Notes: generated from the sequence alone by a model not told the origin. 62,751 nt of DNA, filler included, from Collodictyon triciliatum (GCA_043381765.1; 46 parts of 46 records of this genome joined end to end with filler, not necessarily neighbours in it), one strand, 5' to 3'; shown: positions 34,128-48,230, counted from the first letter of the whole stretch. Program-made: numbers and translations.

Positions 34128-36958
34128 NNNNNNNNNNNNNNNNNNNNNNNNNNNNNNNNNNNNNNNNNNNNTTAATTAATTAANNNNNNNNNNNNNNNNN
34201 NNNNNNNNNNNNNNNNNNNNNNNNNNNCCACGGACCATACGACCGGACAAAAAGCTGAAAGAAATCATGCAAGCCTTGTATACACATGCCGATGAATAGC
34301 CCAGCACACGGGTTAGTATATTTGTGTTTACATGGTGACTGCTACTTTGGGAAATGATTGTTTTCTTTACATAGACTGTGTGTATATTTTTGGAACAATA
34401 GTCCGACTCTCAGATGCGCGGTGGTGGGTCAGAATGAATTTAATCAAGGAATGAGCGAGAGAGATTGGTATATCTTACAGTATATCTATCACACAGCTAA
34501 TTATACAGACAATATCATATGGTGTATCTCTTGAATGAGAATCTCCAAGGCTTATGATACAAGTCATACAAAAATATGTGAAAAGAAATCCAATCCAACT
34601 TTGGAAAGGTAGAAGAGATGTTTGCTTCCGACCTTGTTGGTTTACTTGCACAAAACACGAAAGCATCATGATTCAATACCGCTGAAATGGGTGATTGTAC
34701 AAATACATATAAAGAGCAATAGCACATTCGAATACTTTGATTACTCACAGGTTGGACGAGATACGATTACATAATGAAGGTGTATATAGTCGGCGTTGTT
34801 AAGCGTGAAACAATAGAAGAAGAAAAGGACGAGGATAGAGGAATTAATGCCTGAATGAGAAAGCGGATGTCTGGAGGAAGATATCAGACAGATTAAACGT
34901 CATTATGGGGAGTCATATTCACCGTGCTAATACGTCCTATTGGTTGTAGCATGGTGGATTTTTATAAGACTTCGCATGGGTCTCAACTCAATGGCAATAG
35001 CTACATGGTCGAAAAGTAAATAGTATTTAGAGTAATTCGAGGATATAGGCGCGTTCTTGGTGGTATCCATCCTGTGACACACCTTTAGTATCTCTTTTAT
35101 TTGAAGAATGGAGGATTTAGTTTTCTATTTCAAGAAGCGAGATTCACAAATCACTCCAACAGAGTCTCAAACACGACTATCTCCTTTTCGACATAATTTT
35201 TAATGAGGCATCTCTACATTTTCATGTTGATTATTTTTTATCTGCTAAATAAATATTAGTATGAGGAATGAAGGGACTATGCAGCTTGATATGGAGGATT
35301 GGGGACCTTTTAAGAAGATTCTTTATGGACCAGTAGTTTGATGGTTAAGGAAATGATGCGCGCATGGAAGGAAGCAAGGGCGTCATTCGTTTCTATTTTT
35401 AAAGCCTCTGCGTTTATTCTCTGTTTTTGGTGTCTTTGGGGACTAAAAAACGAGTATGCCATTTCATGAAAAGAATATATTGAGAATAGCAGGNNNNNNN
35501 NNNNNNNNNNNNNNNNNNNNNNNNNNNNNNNNNNNNNTTAATTAATTAANNNNNNNNNNNNNNNNNNNNNNNNNNNNNNNNNNNNNNNNNNNNTTTCTTT
35601 TTGTCTTGTTTCCTTTTTGGAGGCGGATAGATGATTGCGGGAAGAAAAAAAAAACGAGGATGATTACCGGAGAAAGCAGATGAACAACCACGTTTCCGCA
35701 ATCCACCGCCATCCAATCGTCCGTGTCTTTGCCTATTGTTTTGCAGAAGTGTTAGTAAAAGGGAGTGAATTAGTGCATACGACACAAAGAACGAAAACCT
35801 TCCACTCTTATCCCTGCTGCCTCGCTGATAACTGCGCCTCGGTATATCAAAGGCTCATTCCGAGAGCGAAGCTTTGTGAAGGGCAGTTAGAAACACTCTG
35901 ACAAGGTATCATTTTGAAGAGGATGTGACCAATACGTTCTTTTGGTCCATTTACACACGTGAGAGTGAAATGAGGGAATTAATAATCTACAAACCATAGA
36001 GACAATTGAGTCCGACATGGCGCGGAGATGAGAGGTTGATAGCCCCGTAGCAAAAATCAGATAATCACAGTAGTCGCATCGGTCAGCAACATGGAATATC
36101 TGAAATTGGATATGAAAAAAAAATTATTATCAAATGCGATACTTAACCAATACCCCATGTATGCACATTCGGGTCTAGACTTCTTTGGGGGAGGGAAAGG
36201 AAGAATGAAAGAAAAGCATACGCGAATACTGTTTCCATTCTCTTGCGATATACAGTTCAACACCCGTGAAAGCATTGGCGGTCCAGCAAGTTCCACATAC
36301 CTAAATCGTCTCACAATGTCTCATTACCGATGATTAATGTATTAATTCATTAATTTTTATTATTATTTTTTTTTTACAAATATACCTTATTTCACTTAAA
36401 GAGTGTATCTTTTTTTAAGTAGACGCATTTCTTACAAGCATAAAATACATTTATCTCTATGATCGAATAAAGAATGAAAACGAAGATAGAGAGGAAGAAA
36501 AAAAATATCTCCTCTAAAGCTCCCACCAGGGCTTCTCTTTAACAGTCTGTCCGATGTTTCGAAGGGTGTTGTCCGGCAAAGTCCGCGTGCTTTTTTTCGC
36601 TCGCAGCTTCTTTTTCAGCTCCTCCAAGTCATTTGGCTCCTCCTGCTCCAATCACAAATGTTTCGAGCACCAAAAAGAGAAAAAGAAAAGAAAACAAGCG
36701 AGAGATGGTAAAATTAGATAGATTGTTATAATTATAATTTTATTATTATCATTATCATCATCATTAACATTATCATTATCATTATCATTATCATTATCAT
36801 TATCATTATCATTATCATTATCATTATCATTATCATTATCATTATCATTATCATTATCNNNNNNNNNNNNNNNNNNNNNNNNNNNNNNNNNNNNNNNNNN
36901 NNTTAATTAATTAANNNNNNNNNNNNNNNNNNNNNNNNNNNNNNNNNNNNNNNNNNNN

Positions 36959-37080
<122 letters not shown>

Positions 37081-37174
37081 ATATTCACGCATTCTGATAA
37101 AAAAAAAAAAAACACCTCAGAAATATCGGGATAACACCCAGAGCTCAATTGCCTTTCTTTTTTTTTTCTGTAAG

Positions 37175-37631
37175 GAACTTGGCTTCGATGAGTTGGCTGA
37201 AGTTGTGGAGCCTGTTTACCATCTGACAATCCCGGAAAGCCATGTCCAAAAATTAGAGGAGAATCTTCATAAGGTATTATCAAATACATATAACTAAAGA
37301 TGGCTAATTTTTTTGACGATAAGTACCGGCCTCTGATTTGTTGAATTTTAATTTCAAACAATTGGTTCTATAGGTAATGCGCAAAAGAGCTTCCGAATTA
37401 ATTGACAACCAGTGTATCCGACTCCCACAACTGGGCCCGCTTCTGGAAGGGGCTGTGTCCTTTTACTTTGCCATTCCCGGCATGTATGGTGGATTCAACG
37501 TAAATATTGTGGGCGAGGGAACTGATGCTTATGTCGAAGCCTCTAGTTGGTGCCGTGTTGTAGAGGGCTCTGAACAAACCCACAAAGTCACTGCAGAGGG
37601 CTTCACCCTTGTGGCAGGGTATGACGAATGA
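37175..37631 (+). CDS. C-terminal domain of a family usually fused to ankyrin repeats (PGMYGGF..SWCRVV motif), last 2 exons
   Basis: ELAEVVEPVYHL..LEENLHK|VMRKRASELI..IRLPQLGPLLE..FAIPGMYGGF..SSWCRVVEGSEQTHKVTAEGFTLV; family recalled from actinobacterial and fungal proteins. Confidence 0.65.
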
Positions 37632-38474
37632 AGCGAATCCAGGACGCATTCTCAGTCTCGTAGCTTCGATTAAACTGAAACGCTAGGGAAGGTGAGAGAA
37701 AAAAAAAGGTGCAATATTGCATTTGCCTCACCGCTGCCACGGATTTGTTCCTTTGTGCGAGGACAGCAAGGAAGGAACCACCCAGCGAGCGGCGTGTCTT
37801 GGTTTGACCGAAATGCTCCTCAAAACGCCGGCCCAACAGGCGAACATGCAGGCTGAATGCTGTTCCAGAAATGGAGAAATCCCTTTCGATTCCCGGCGCG
37901 CTACGTTCGGAAAACCTGGTCTCAGGGTAATTCGATTCGGGCAGTTTCTTGCTCGCTATCACGATCAAGAACACAACCAATCGAAGCAGGCTTCCACGGC
38001 CGAGGTGATCGCCCAGACAGGGCTTGTCGTAAGAACCAGAGGCCCTTCTAACACCACAGAAAAAGTTTAGGAGCTGAAAATAGACAGACGGGATAAAAGC
38101 TTGAGGCGTTTTTCTGTTCTTTTTGTTTTTCCCTTTTCTTTTCTCTATTCTTTTCTCTATTCTTTTCTCTATTCTTTTCTCTATTCTTTTCTCTATTCTT
38201 TTCTCTATTCTTTTCTCTATTCTTTTCTCTATTCTNNNNNNNNNNNNNNNNNNNNNNNNNNNNNNNNNNNNNNNNNNNNTTAATTAATTAANNNNNNNNN
38301 NNNNNNNNNNNNNNNNNNNNNNNNNNNNNNNNNNNAACGCCGCACAATCTTCCGTGAATAAAAAAGAAAAAGAAAAAGAAAAAGAAAAAGAAAAAGAAAA
38401 AGAAAAAGAAAAGAGAAATGAAAAAGAAAAAAGAGAAAGAGAAAATGATAAAAGATTAAGAAAAAGAACCGTAC

Positions 38475-38723
38475 GTCGAGCGGCGAGGCAAAGTTGACGT
38501 AGTTGAGAGCCTCTTCGTCTGTTTGTGTGGGTGTCAGAGAAAGACTGAACCCTGGGTTGGTCAGCGAGAAGAAGCGGCGCAGGGAGTTGAGATAGTTGCC
38601 AATGATTGGACTGCCCACGCCCACCAGAGGCAGGGTCTCGTTGGACGAGCGGCCCAAAGGCTGCGCCTGCGCCAAGGACACAAGCAGCAGCAAGGCAAGA
38701 CACACGGCCAAAGGATGCTTCAT
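38475..38723 (-). CDS. First exon of a signal-peptide protein, possibly a PstS-like solute-binding ectodomain
   Basis: MKHPLAVCLALLLLVSLAQA signal peptide, then LVGVGSPIIGNYLNSLRRFF..SLSLTPT..EAL..D; GT donor at 38474. Confidence 0.55.
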
Positions 38724-39700
38724 TCGGGGTTCGCAGATGGGTCAAAGGCTTTTCTGCAGTTGCTCTCTTGGCTGGGCCTCTGTTATCTTCTCTTTCCTCC
38801 GGATGGGGCGCTCTGGCAAGGCCGTGCAGACGGGGGCTGATCTATTTCCATATGTAGACGGAAGATGACTTGTTACCGTACAACTTGCAAAGGAAAATCC
38901 GTGGGGCTGCGTGGCGCGCGAGGCTTGTGGCTCTGTAGGCTGTGGGCTGGGAATCCGGTGCGGCTTTGTTCCCAAGCGCAGTTCGGCAGGTTTTGCGGGG
39001 TTTCTGTTGTTCCCTGTCTGCACAAGGGCGCTTGCTTGGCCATTGGGGACGCGACATGCCCATATGAGGCAAAGCCACAAAGCCGTTGAGGCTGCGTTTC
39101 CTTGGGCTGGCAATATGAATTTCCCATTCAGGGTCAAGGGCGAGGGTCGTGAACGAATTCTTGCCTGATGTGGAGTGATCGGGTCTTGATCGCGCGGCTT
39201 GAGGGGACCGTTCCGGTGATGATTCCCAACCGCATTGCGGCAGGTTTTAGAGGCAGGTGCCTGATGCAAGCACACTGACATACGCGAGGCTTTTGCCGTC
39301 GCTGGTGTGTCTTGTGTGAGTTGCTTTGTTGTAAACGATGGTTGTTTGCCTGCGATCAATTTGTCGCATTGCAGTTTTTTTTTTTTTGTCATAGCTCAAC
39401 TTACATACTCCTGTTTTCAGGTCCCCTCTAAAGAAAAATAGCAACAGCTACCGACCAAGCCTTATTACTTTCCCGTCGAATACCTCGCACGATGCACTTG
39501 GCTGGTTGGAATCCTCCGAGCCACGCTTCAAGGGCGCTGTGTCTTTGGCTTCTGATTGGCCTCATGGCTGCTGCTGTGAAAGGTATTTGTTAGTGCCTTA
39601 NNNNNNNNNNNNNNNNNNNNNNNNNNNNNNNNNNNNNNNNNNNNTTAATTAATTAANNNNNNNNNNNNNNNNNNNNNNNNNNNNNNNNNNNNNNNNNNNN

Positions 39701-40832
39701 TTTAGAAATATACGCTCCTGCTTGCTCGGACTGTCTTTAGTGTGTGAAGTTCCAAGCTTGGATTCGACTTGTGCTGTTTGCTCTTGCTCCTTGGTTCTCG
39801 GTGCGATGGGCTGGGGCAGCGTAAACGGACTATCTTTGGTGGGCGCTGATTCTTGTATTGCCTTCGATTTGGAGTATGCTTTTGAATAAGTAACGAAGAC
39901 TGCCTTGAGGCCTCCTATGTTAGCCATATTCACGTCATTCTAAATGGGTAGTTTAAGGAGGTATTTCTTTCGGGGTTTGGAGATGCGCTGCTCTTGGGTC
40001 TTGTGATGTGCGGGCTTGTCCGGTGTTGGCGGTGGAGGGCTCGAATGAGGATTCTGAAGAGGAACCGAGATTTCCTTCCATGTCATCGTCGCTGTCACTG
40101 TATGCGCGTATCTGCTGTGAGTCTTGCGGGCTCAGTTGTTGCTTGGCCTTGGCTTCCTTGACTCCGTTGCTGCTTGTCTGCTTGGCAGGTGTATTCATTT
40201 ACGGAGCTTTTACTTGCCGTTCGTTCTTCGCGGCTGGCGGACGCTCTTTGAGGATGCGCTTTGGACACTTCTTACCCATGACCGTAAACTTTGCAGGGAG
40301 CTGGTTCTTGTGACAAAGATGCTTCACCACGGCCGTGTCTGTGAAGAAGCCTTTGTCCTTTTTGATCTCCGCGTGGGTCGGTCTGAACGGCTTCAGCTCC
40401 TCACGAAGGAGTTGCGGCCGCACGTCCAGCGGTAGTTGGTAGAGCATCACTGAGGTCTCTGTTGGTTTACTTCTGCTGAAGCTGATCGTAATATCGCTCA
40501 AACTTACCTGCTTCAGCTCCAGAAGCTTTCGGGCGTTTTCTGCAGTGCACAAGGCGATCAGGCAAAGGCCTCGTTGTCCGGTAAGCGCAATTGGATGGAC
40601 TCTTCCCAAAGTTTGTTCGCTTTCAAGAAGGAGGCGAGCGCATCAGTGAGCCTGCGGTCTTGTTCCTGTTGTAAAATACCTGCACGACCCCGTGCAAAAA
40701 TACTGTCCGATCAGACAGACTTGCAGGCGGCTTCCTTGCACGAGTTTTCCTAGACTTACGTGCAACTCGGGGTTTTTCCGCACCAGTGTTGGAAGCAGAA
40801 GAACTGGCTGCAACTCGTGAAGTGTGCGTCAA
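39701..40832 (-). mobile_element. Decayed non-LTR retrotransposon ORF1-like region (RRM-like segments plus S/T/P/Q-rich tail)
   Basis: Intronless ORFs broken by stops and frameshifts; RTVFLHGV and TSVMLYQLPLDVRPQLLREELKPF are RRM-like; a close paralogue lies at 62342-62751. Confidence 0.6.
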
Positions 40833-41219
40833 AAGAGCTTGATGGACTGATTTGCTGGTAGTTGGAATAGTTGTATATATAAACTTACGACTTCTTCATT
40901 CCCTCTCTTCACCATCCAATACCACATTCGGTTTCGTGAATGATTTATTTATCTACTATCTTCGCNNNNNNNNNNNNNNNNNNNNNNNNNNNNNNNNNNN
41001 NNNNNNNNNTTAATTAATTAANNNNNNNNNNNNNNNNNNNNNNNNNNNNNNNNNNNNNNNNNNNNAGAAAAGAATAGAATAGAATAGAATAGAATAGAAT
41101 AGAATAGAATAGAATAGAATAGAATAGAATAGAATAGAATAGAATAGAATAGAATAGAATAGAATAGAATAGAATAGGAAAACGAAAAAGAATAGGAAAA
41201 CGAAAAAGAATAATCTAAC

Positions 41220-42149
41220 TTTAAGTTCCACTGTAAACTTGGCGAGGGTTCCAGAAGTGATCCGCTCAGGAAGGCTGCTGGTGGGCAAGCATAAAGGATG
41301 ATGCAAATCGGCAGGGATGACATCAAAATAGAACGGACTGTTTTTGATCTCTTGGCCATCACACAGTATCTTCATGGTATATTTGCCACTAGTAGCGAGT
41401 TTAATTATCTTTTATATAAAAAAACAGAAAAAAATAATGACATAGAGAAATCGAATCGAAGTAAATTAATAGTTGGTTGAGAGAGAAATAGATCGGTGCA
41501 ACCTTAGAGAGGTGCTATAATTATGAGTGTATCGGCCGTCTTTCTCGTATATAAATGCTATTTCTAGATAAAGAATTTAAAATATGCTAGTAAGATACAG
41601 GTTCAGCTTCATTTATGTATCGTTTTTATTTATTTTCATTACGATTATTATTAATGTCTTCGATTTTAAATGGCGAAATGAAAAAGTAGTGGCTAAGGTT
41701 GTCATTAATATCTTAAAATCGAATAAAGGGAAAGATATTTGTATAAATATGAGCCAAAGTATAGGTAGCATGTATTTATATGAAAATTTACCTTCTGAAC
41801 GTGACTCGCTCTCAATATTTGCTACCAGACTTGAATCACCAGAATGTACTTCATTTTCACAGCCATCACAAATCTTGGATAAGTTATAAATGTAAGATAT
41901 GCATATGCTTTACAAGACGCACTGACATAAGGATGGAATAGTGATATATTCGTAAATAATCACATGAACGAACGGATGTAAAAACAAGTATATCTTATTC
42001 GGATAGAAAGAAAAAATGAGATTGATTTGGCAATTATCCAGTAAGGAAAATGCAAAGAATTACCAGAGCTGTTATTGCCTTCACTTCACCAGCGACCAGA
42101 GTTTTTGGAAATCCTCCAATGACATACGAGTTAGATGCCCTTACGTCAC
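41220..42149 (-). CDS. Filamin/ABP280 Ig-repeat protein, internal exons
   Basis: SNSYVIGGFPKTLVAGE..|..KDGRYTHNY..|SGKYTMKILCDGQEIKNSPFYFDVIP..SGTLAKFTVELK; G.Y.....G..I..SPF is the filamin repeat signature. Confidence 0.82.
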
Positions 42150-42200
42150 CTAATATAAGAGAAAAAAAAGGTGGATCGATTAATCAACCCAGTGCTTTTA

Positions 42201-42294
<94 letters not shown>

Positions 42295-42430
42295 TCGCTT
42301 GAGATATGAACAATTATTTATTAAATACGANNNNNNNNNNNNNNNNNNNNNNNNNNNNNNNNNNNNNNNNNNNNTTAATTAATTAANNNNNNNNNNNNNN
42401 NNNNNNNNNNNNNNNNNNNNNNNNNNNNNN

Positions 42431-43016
42431 CCAATAGGGAGCTATGGATAGGCACACGCGCGGCAAAAGCTGGCAAAGTCTCCCAACAATGCACAATTTG
42501 CAGCAACGGTGATGAATCCATTGAGCACACATTTGTGCAATGTCCCTTCGCTCAAAACCTGCGCAAAACAGCCGGCGAGATTCTCCGACTGACACTTAAG
42601 ACGGCTGCGGCTGTTGGCCTAATCCAGGCGATATTTGGGCCTCTGCAACAGCTGCGTCCAGATGCAAAAACATTCTGGGCAGTGGCTTGGCCATTTGCTA
42701 TGGACTGTGTGGATAGCGCGCATATACTCACGCAAAGCAAGACTCAACAACCAGCCACCCATTCCTGATAATAGGCTGATGACATCATACAAATCTCTGT
42801 CCTCAATAGCTTTCTTCGCCACCTGCGCGTTCTCTACTGCTCAGAACCTGTGAAAAGAGACACGTGGAAAGAAGCTGAGAAAGATATTAAACCTCGCCTT
42901 GTCTCATGCAATCACAAGACCCAGGCTACAGGCCAAACCGCAGGATGCAATTCCTGATTACCGACTACCTCTCCGCCACACGACCACCAAGTAGCGTCCA
43001 TGCAAACGGTGGCTAG
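42431..43016 (+). mobile_element. L1/Tx1-like retrotransposon ORF2 C-terminus (zf-RVT CCHC), frameshifted
   Basis: CTICSNGDESIEHTFVQCPFAQNL from 42490, then in another frame LLWTVWIAR, ending KPQD/QFLITDYL. Confidence 0.8.
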
Positions 43017-46000
43017 AGAATCAAAGCAAAAAACGCACCATCATCTCCCTTATAATTAAATTTCAATATAATCATAATCTACTTCACTTCCATTATATTG
43101 TTATTCAGGTTAGGCTGAGAAGCAGCTATTGAAATCAGTTGCATTATCACTTCCACATTAGTTTTGATGAACTAATCCAACGAAAAATCTGGAAGAAATT
43201 CTATTTCTGGAAGGATGAATTGATCTTGGGAAGAAAATGCCATAATCTGGACTTGGCAGACTTTCAGTTCTGCAGAACATTCCTGTCGGCTTTGTGTTCT
43301 TCGTGCGGAGGCTGAAGAGATTTTTGAATGCCCTATGCAGTGCTTTTCGTAAAGAATAAACGCAATATTTCCTCCCAACGCGCCTTCTTTCTTTATTTTC
43401 ATATCGTCCTTTGTAAAAATTTTCCTCTTTCCTTTTTCTTTTTCTTTTTCTTTTTCTTTTTTCTTTTTCTTTTTTCTTTTTCTCTTTTTCTTTTTCTTTT
43501 TCTTTTTCTTTTTCTTTTTCTTTTTCTTTTTCTTTTTCTTTTTCTTTTTCTTTTTCTTTTTCTTTTTCTTTTTCTTTTTCTTTTTCTTTTTCTTTTCTTT
43601 TCTTTTTCTTTTTTATAATTACTATGTAGGCTTACCCGAACCACAGATTCTTGGATAATAGAGCCAGAACGATGGATCCAACAGACACTCTGCTANNNNN
43701 NNNNNNNNNNNNNNNNNNNNNNNNNNNNNNNNNNNNNNNTTAATTAATTAANNNNNNNNNNNNNNNNNNNNNNNNNNNNNNNNNNNNNNNNNNNNTTTGT
43801 GCTTACCTCGAAGGCGGACGTAGCAGCCGGCTCCGTACAGGTTCTGCTCCTGGGCTCTCTTTGATCGGCGGATCGGTGTGGCCGAGGGGCCTTGGTCGAG
43901 TTGTGTCCTCGATTCTTGTGCGTTCGAGTGTGTTTGTCTCAAGCTTGTGCTTTCGATGCCACACTCGAGTCCGGCTCCATGAGTTGTTCCCGACGAGACC
44001 GAAGAGATCGATGGTTGAATTAAACCAGACGAGATCGAAGAGCTACGCGATGGATTCTTTGAACGATGCATTTAAACAGAGCATCGCAACAAATGGTGAA
44101 ACGAGGTTACTCAGGAAATAGGTTTTAGTGGGTCAGCATGGTTCATATACATATATTTATCACGGGCTAAAGGCATTCAATCAAATAACTATGCATAAAA
44201 ATCAAATACAGCACTATATCAAAATTCAATGTTCTTTTTTAAATTAAATTAGCGACTTTCGCACCTTGCGTCTACTGGTTGCGCATTCATTGCCTGATTT
44301 AAATCAGCTGCGTCACTTGGACTTTGTCGGAAGTCAGGCCTCGATTGAATCCAAGTCAGGGCCTTTGGTAGTTACAGCTTTTAAGGATTGTATGTAGAAG
44401 CTCGACCCAAAATAGATATATATTTAGATGAGTCGTGAATTTTGTTTCTATACTACAACGACCTGCACATGAATCCAAAACGCGTTCGTACTTTCAACCA
44501 AGGCGCAACAACTAGGGCGGGCTGTAGAATCATAATAAAACACTTTCTTTAAACAAAATAAAAAGGAAAAAAATCAAAGAGCCACATTGACCTCAACGAG
44601 TGTGTGAGATCAGTAACTTACAAAAAAAGAGATTCTTAACAGTGATCGAAAAGTTATTGTTTTTTCAGAATATCCAATAATATCATATATTCCTTTTGAA
44701 AACTAAAAAAATGCAATATTATAGCATAAACCTTTGCTTTGTGTCAGGTTTTGTAAGCCACTATAATGGGTTGATAAAGTTACTCGAAAGGTGGTGCGCG
44801 TCACTTAACCTCGCATCAAATATCAGCCTTTTTAAAAAAAATAGATTCAAATAAAACGGTATCCATCTTCGGCGATGTGTTTGATCAATAAACTATTGAA
44901 GAAAAGAAAGAAAAGAAGGAAGAAGTAACAAGCTAGCAAACTAGACTTTGGATTCCAATAGCGATATGTGCCTGCAGTGCTTTCAAGAGCAACAATCAGC
45001 AGTGAAATGTATCAAAGTGCTTTGATTTACTGGTTTTTTTTAGATCACGGACTGCATTCNNNNNNNNNNNNNNNNNNNNNNNNNNNNNNNNNNNNNNNNN
45101 NNNTTAATTAATTAANNNNNNNNNNNNNNNNNNNNNNNNNNNNNNNNNNNNNNNNNNNNTTTTGTTTTTTTTTTTTTGTTTTTTTTTTTTTGTTTTTTGT
45201 TTTTTGTTTTTTTTTGTTTTTTTGATCGAGACTCTCTGGGAGGTATGTAGTCTGTGACGAACGCGACATGGAGAATAGAACGGCGCAATGATGTTGGTTG
45301 CCACGTCAAGACTGCAGGTTGATTGTGATGGGTTTTATGTCAATTACACATGTATGTATTCATCCCAAACCTGGAAGAGGGGCGAACTACATGAATTCAA
45401 TTTTTTTAGTTCTACGTCTTCAATAGCCAGCCTCCTAGTATTTATCACAAGCAAGGCACAAGGAATCGCGCAGGGGTTTAAGAAAGCTCTTCGTTTGCAG
45501 TCTCAGCTACTTGTCTGGTTGCTCTGAACGATGCATCCGTATTTCCTCTGCTACTACATCAAAATATGTGCACATGCAATTTATCAGTCATGTCTATAAT
45601 ACGCCTGATGTCCGAGTTTTTTTTTGGTGCTATCGACCCGAGAGATGGTATGGGGAGCACCGCTATTTTCGCGTGGCGTTTCTTGAATTGGCCTCTCCTT
45701 AGGGTCTTACTCTTACTCATGTTCTTATTTACTTTCTTTGTTTCTTTTTTTCCTTGCATTAGTACCGTCAATTAAATTATGTGTATGATTTTGCATTATT
45801 TTTTCAACCTTGAGCAGCTAAGCAGTTCTCAAAGCCAAGTTCTAGGCTTCAGGGTGTAATTACAGTCAGGTACATCGTGGCATAGGATGACAAGTGTGGT
45901 ATATACTTGATGTTGTTTTTTGGGTGTTGTGCGTAGCATCTAGATGTTTGTGGGTATGCCGTTCTCCTTCGTCACTTCTTGTGGAGCTTGGTGGGTTTAG

Positions 46001-46131
46001 AGTACACGCTCCAGCTAGTTGGGGATAGTTAATTTGGGACTTACAAAAATTGCAATTTGGTATATTCTTAAGTTTATGGTTTCATTTCTAAGGCTGAATC
46101 ATGTGAATTCTTCCTTCACCAAACTGGTTAG

Positions 46132-46422
46132 TTTTTTTCTTTATTCGATTCAAAGTGCAGTGAGGTAATGCCATACAAAGGGGCGGGATGGGAGCGCATA
46201 GTACAGAGCAAACGCGAGTAGGGGAAGACACTACCGTGGAGAGTCTAGCACTGGAAAGAAATCAGTGATAGCGAGCTGGTCAGGTGGGCGTCCCAACTGG
46301 TTGATTGGTTGCATGGACAGCAGGGGTTGGATATGCTGTGGGAGATATCGCACGACACATTCCCACATCTCTCTTCGCTTGCGGTCAGAGTAGCGAAGAA
46401 TGCGAGCGTGTTTCAGCATGCT
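46132..46422 (-). mobile_element. 3' end of a non-LTR retrotransposon: ORF end (..GRPPDQLAITDFFPVLDSPR*), ~90-nt 3'UTR, AATAAA and A tail
   Basis: ORF stops at 46231; UTR ends ctttgaatcgaataaag-aaaaaaa; truncated TSD-flanked copies at 9744, 5757 and 4244. No RT domain lies in this contig. Confidence 0.75.
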
Positions 46423-48169
46423 NNNNNNNNNNNNNNNNNNNNNNNNNNNNNNNNNNNNNNNNNNNNTTAATTAATTAANNNNNNNNNNNNNNNNNNNNNN
46501 NNNNNNNNNNNNNNNNNNNNNNGAGCCGGGCAAAGAGACCTCCGAGGCTCGCTTCCATTCTCCGACCTGCAGGTTTGGTGGGCGGCTCCAAAGGCCTTCC
46601 GGGCTCCTCTGGCTTGAGTGAACTGTGAGCCGCTCGACCTTGGTCATGGAGAACTGGAGTTTGAAAAGAAGAGCGCGTTGACTCCTTCGCGTTCGGTGCG
46701 ATGCTTTGTGTCTGGAAGGTTTGCTATACGCGTTGCTCGTTCGGGTATTCGGTGGCCATTTGCCGGGGTTTGGCGTTGGGTCTTTCCTGCGTTTGACTGG
46801 CTGATTCTTTTTCCACTCTTACATGTGGCTGCAGAGTTCAGCTGGAGGTTGCAACGGTGGGAGTTATCATGATGTGTTTATGTGCGAGCCAAACTATGAA
46901 ACATTTTATACATCTTATAAAAAATATGATATTGATATGATATTATGTTATCGTGGGCATATCATTGAGAAATTAATAACCATTTACAAATACTAATAAT
47001 ATATTCCAGAAATGATTCAACGACATTTAAAATTGTCATATTTCATTGAAAATATTTTTCCAAATATGACGGAATATAATTAATCTCCCGTGAACTTCGA
47101 CTGATTCGTGAAGGTTTTTTTGGAAAGGTTCGGAATGATTGCAGAAATTCTCCATAAAAATATTCCACATTTATACTTTTTCTCTTCTGAAATCTCAACA
47201 ATTATCCAAATTAATCACTATAATTCCCAAACAGGCCATTCAGCAAATGTGGAAGAACCAATACAAGTATTTTCACGGAATCCTCGGCTCTTTGGGAATG
47301 ATAATGCAGGCAGGACAAACTCAAGCAATGCGACAGACATCGCCATCATAGTTTGAAGAATCAATTCAGAGACAAAATTGAACCGAACCATTGTATCCAA
47401 CGAAATACCCATAAAAGTCGATCCCGCCGCTTCATTCCCTTCGTTTTCCTGTCTCTTTTCGCCTTTGACTGCGCGCTTCCTGATGGTTTGTTGGACATTG
47501 TCCAGGGATCACGGTGAAGAGCGAATGATGGAGGCTTTTGTTTGGAAAGTGCTTGTCTATGTGAGTCTGTTTTGCGCCAAGAGCATGAGTTATTGTAACC
47601 TGCATGGGGCTGCTTATTTGTTTATTCGTTTAATTCTTTATTCGTTTATTTGTTTATTTGTTTATTTCTTACGAGACATCAGAAATGGAGTTTGTGAAGC
47701 CAAAGGCAATTTTCTCGTCTATTTTTTTTTTTAAAACTTCATTTCCGACTCTTTTAAGTTTCTGCATTTCGATCAGTGTTTGTGGGNNNNNNNNNNNNNN
47801 NNNNNNNNNNNNNNNNNNNNNNNNNNNNNNTTAATTAATTAANNNNNNNNNNNNNNNNNNNNNNNNNNNNNNNNNNNNNNNNNNNNTTTTTTTTTTTTTT
47901 TCAATCGCATCGGTCGAAAAATTCTAACGAAGGTTCTTTATTCATGCCCAACACCTATCCACTCCAAAATGAAAGAAAGTACATCGAAAAACTCATCAAG
48001 TTAAAAAAAAAAGCTCATCTCGTGGAACCTTATATGTAAAATCACCAACATTCCCAGAGTATATTACCTATCAGACTAATTTTTTTTCGGAATTATAAGG
48101 ACCATGATATTCAAGCAGTATGACTCATAGTTGGATTTCATTTATCCTTAATAGAAACTCTTCTATCTT

Positions 48170-48230
<61 letters not shown>

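Noticed and set aside
37603-37980. Antisense coding overlap between the minus-strand ORF and the 3' end of the PGMYGGF gene
   Set aside because: The minus-strand product has no recognisable homology and its exon structure is a guess.
41712-41733. Further micro-retroposon copy (cttaaaatcgaataaagggaaa; similar partial at ~36457-36475)
   Set aside because: The core matches 15/17 but there is no convincing TSD; possibly an old copy, not counted as evidence.
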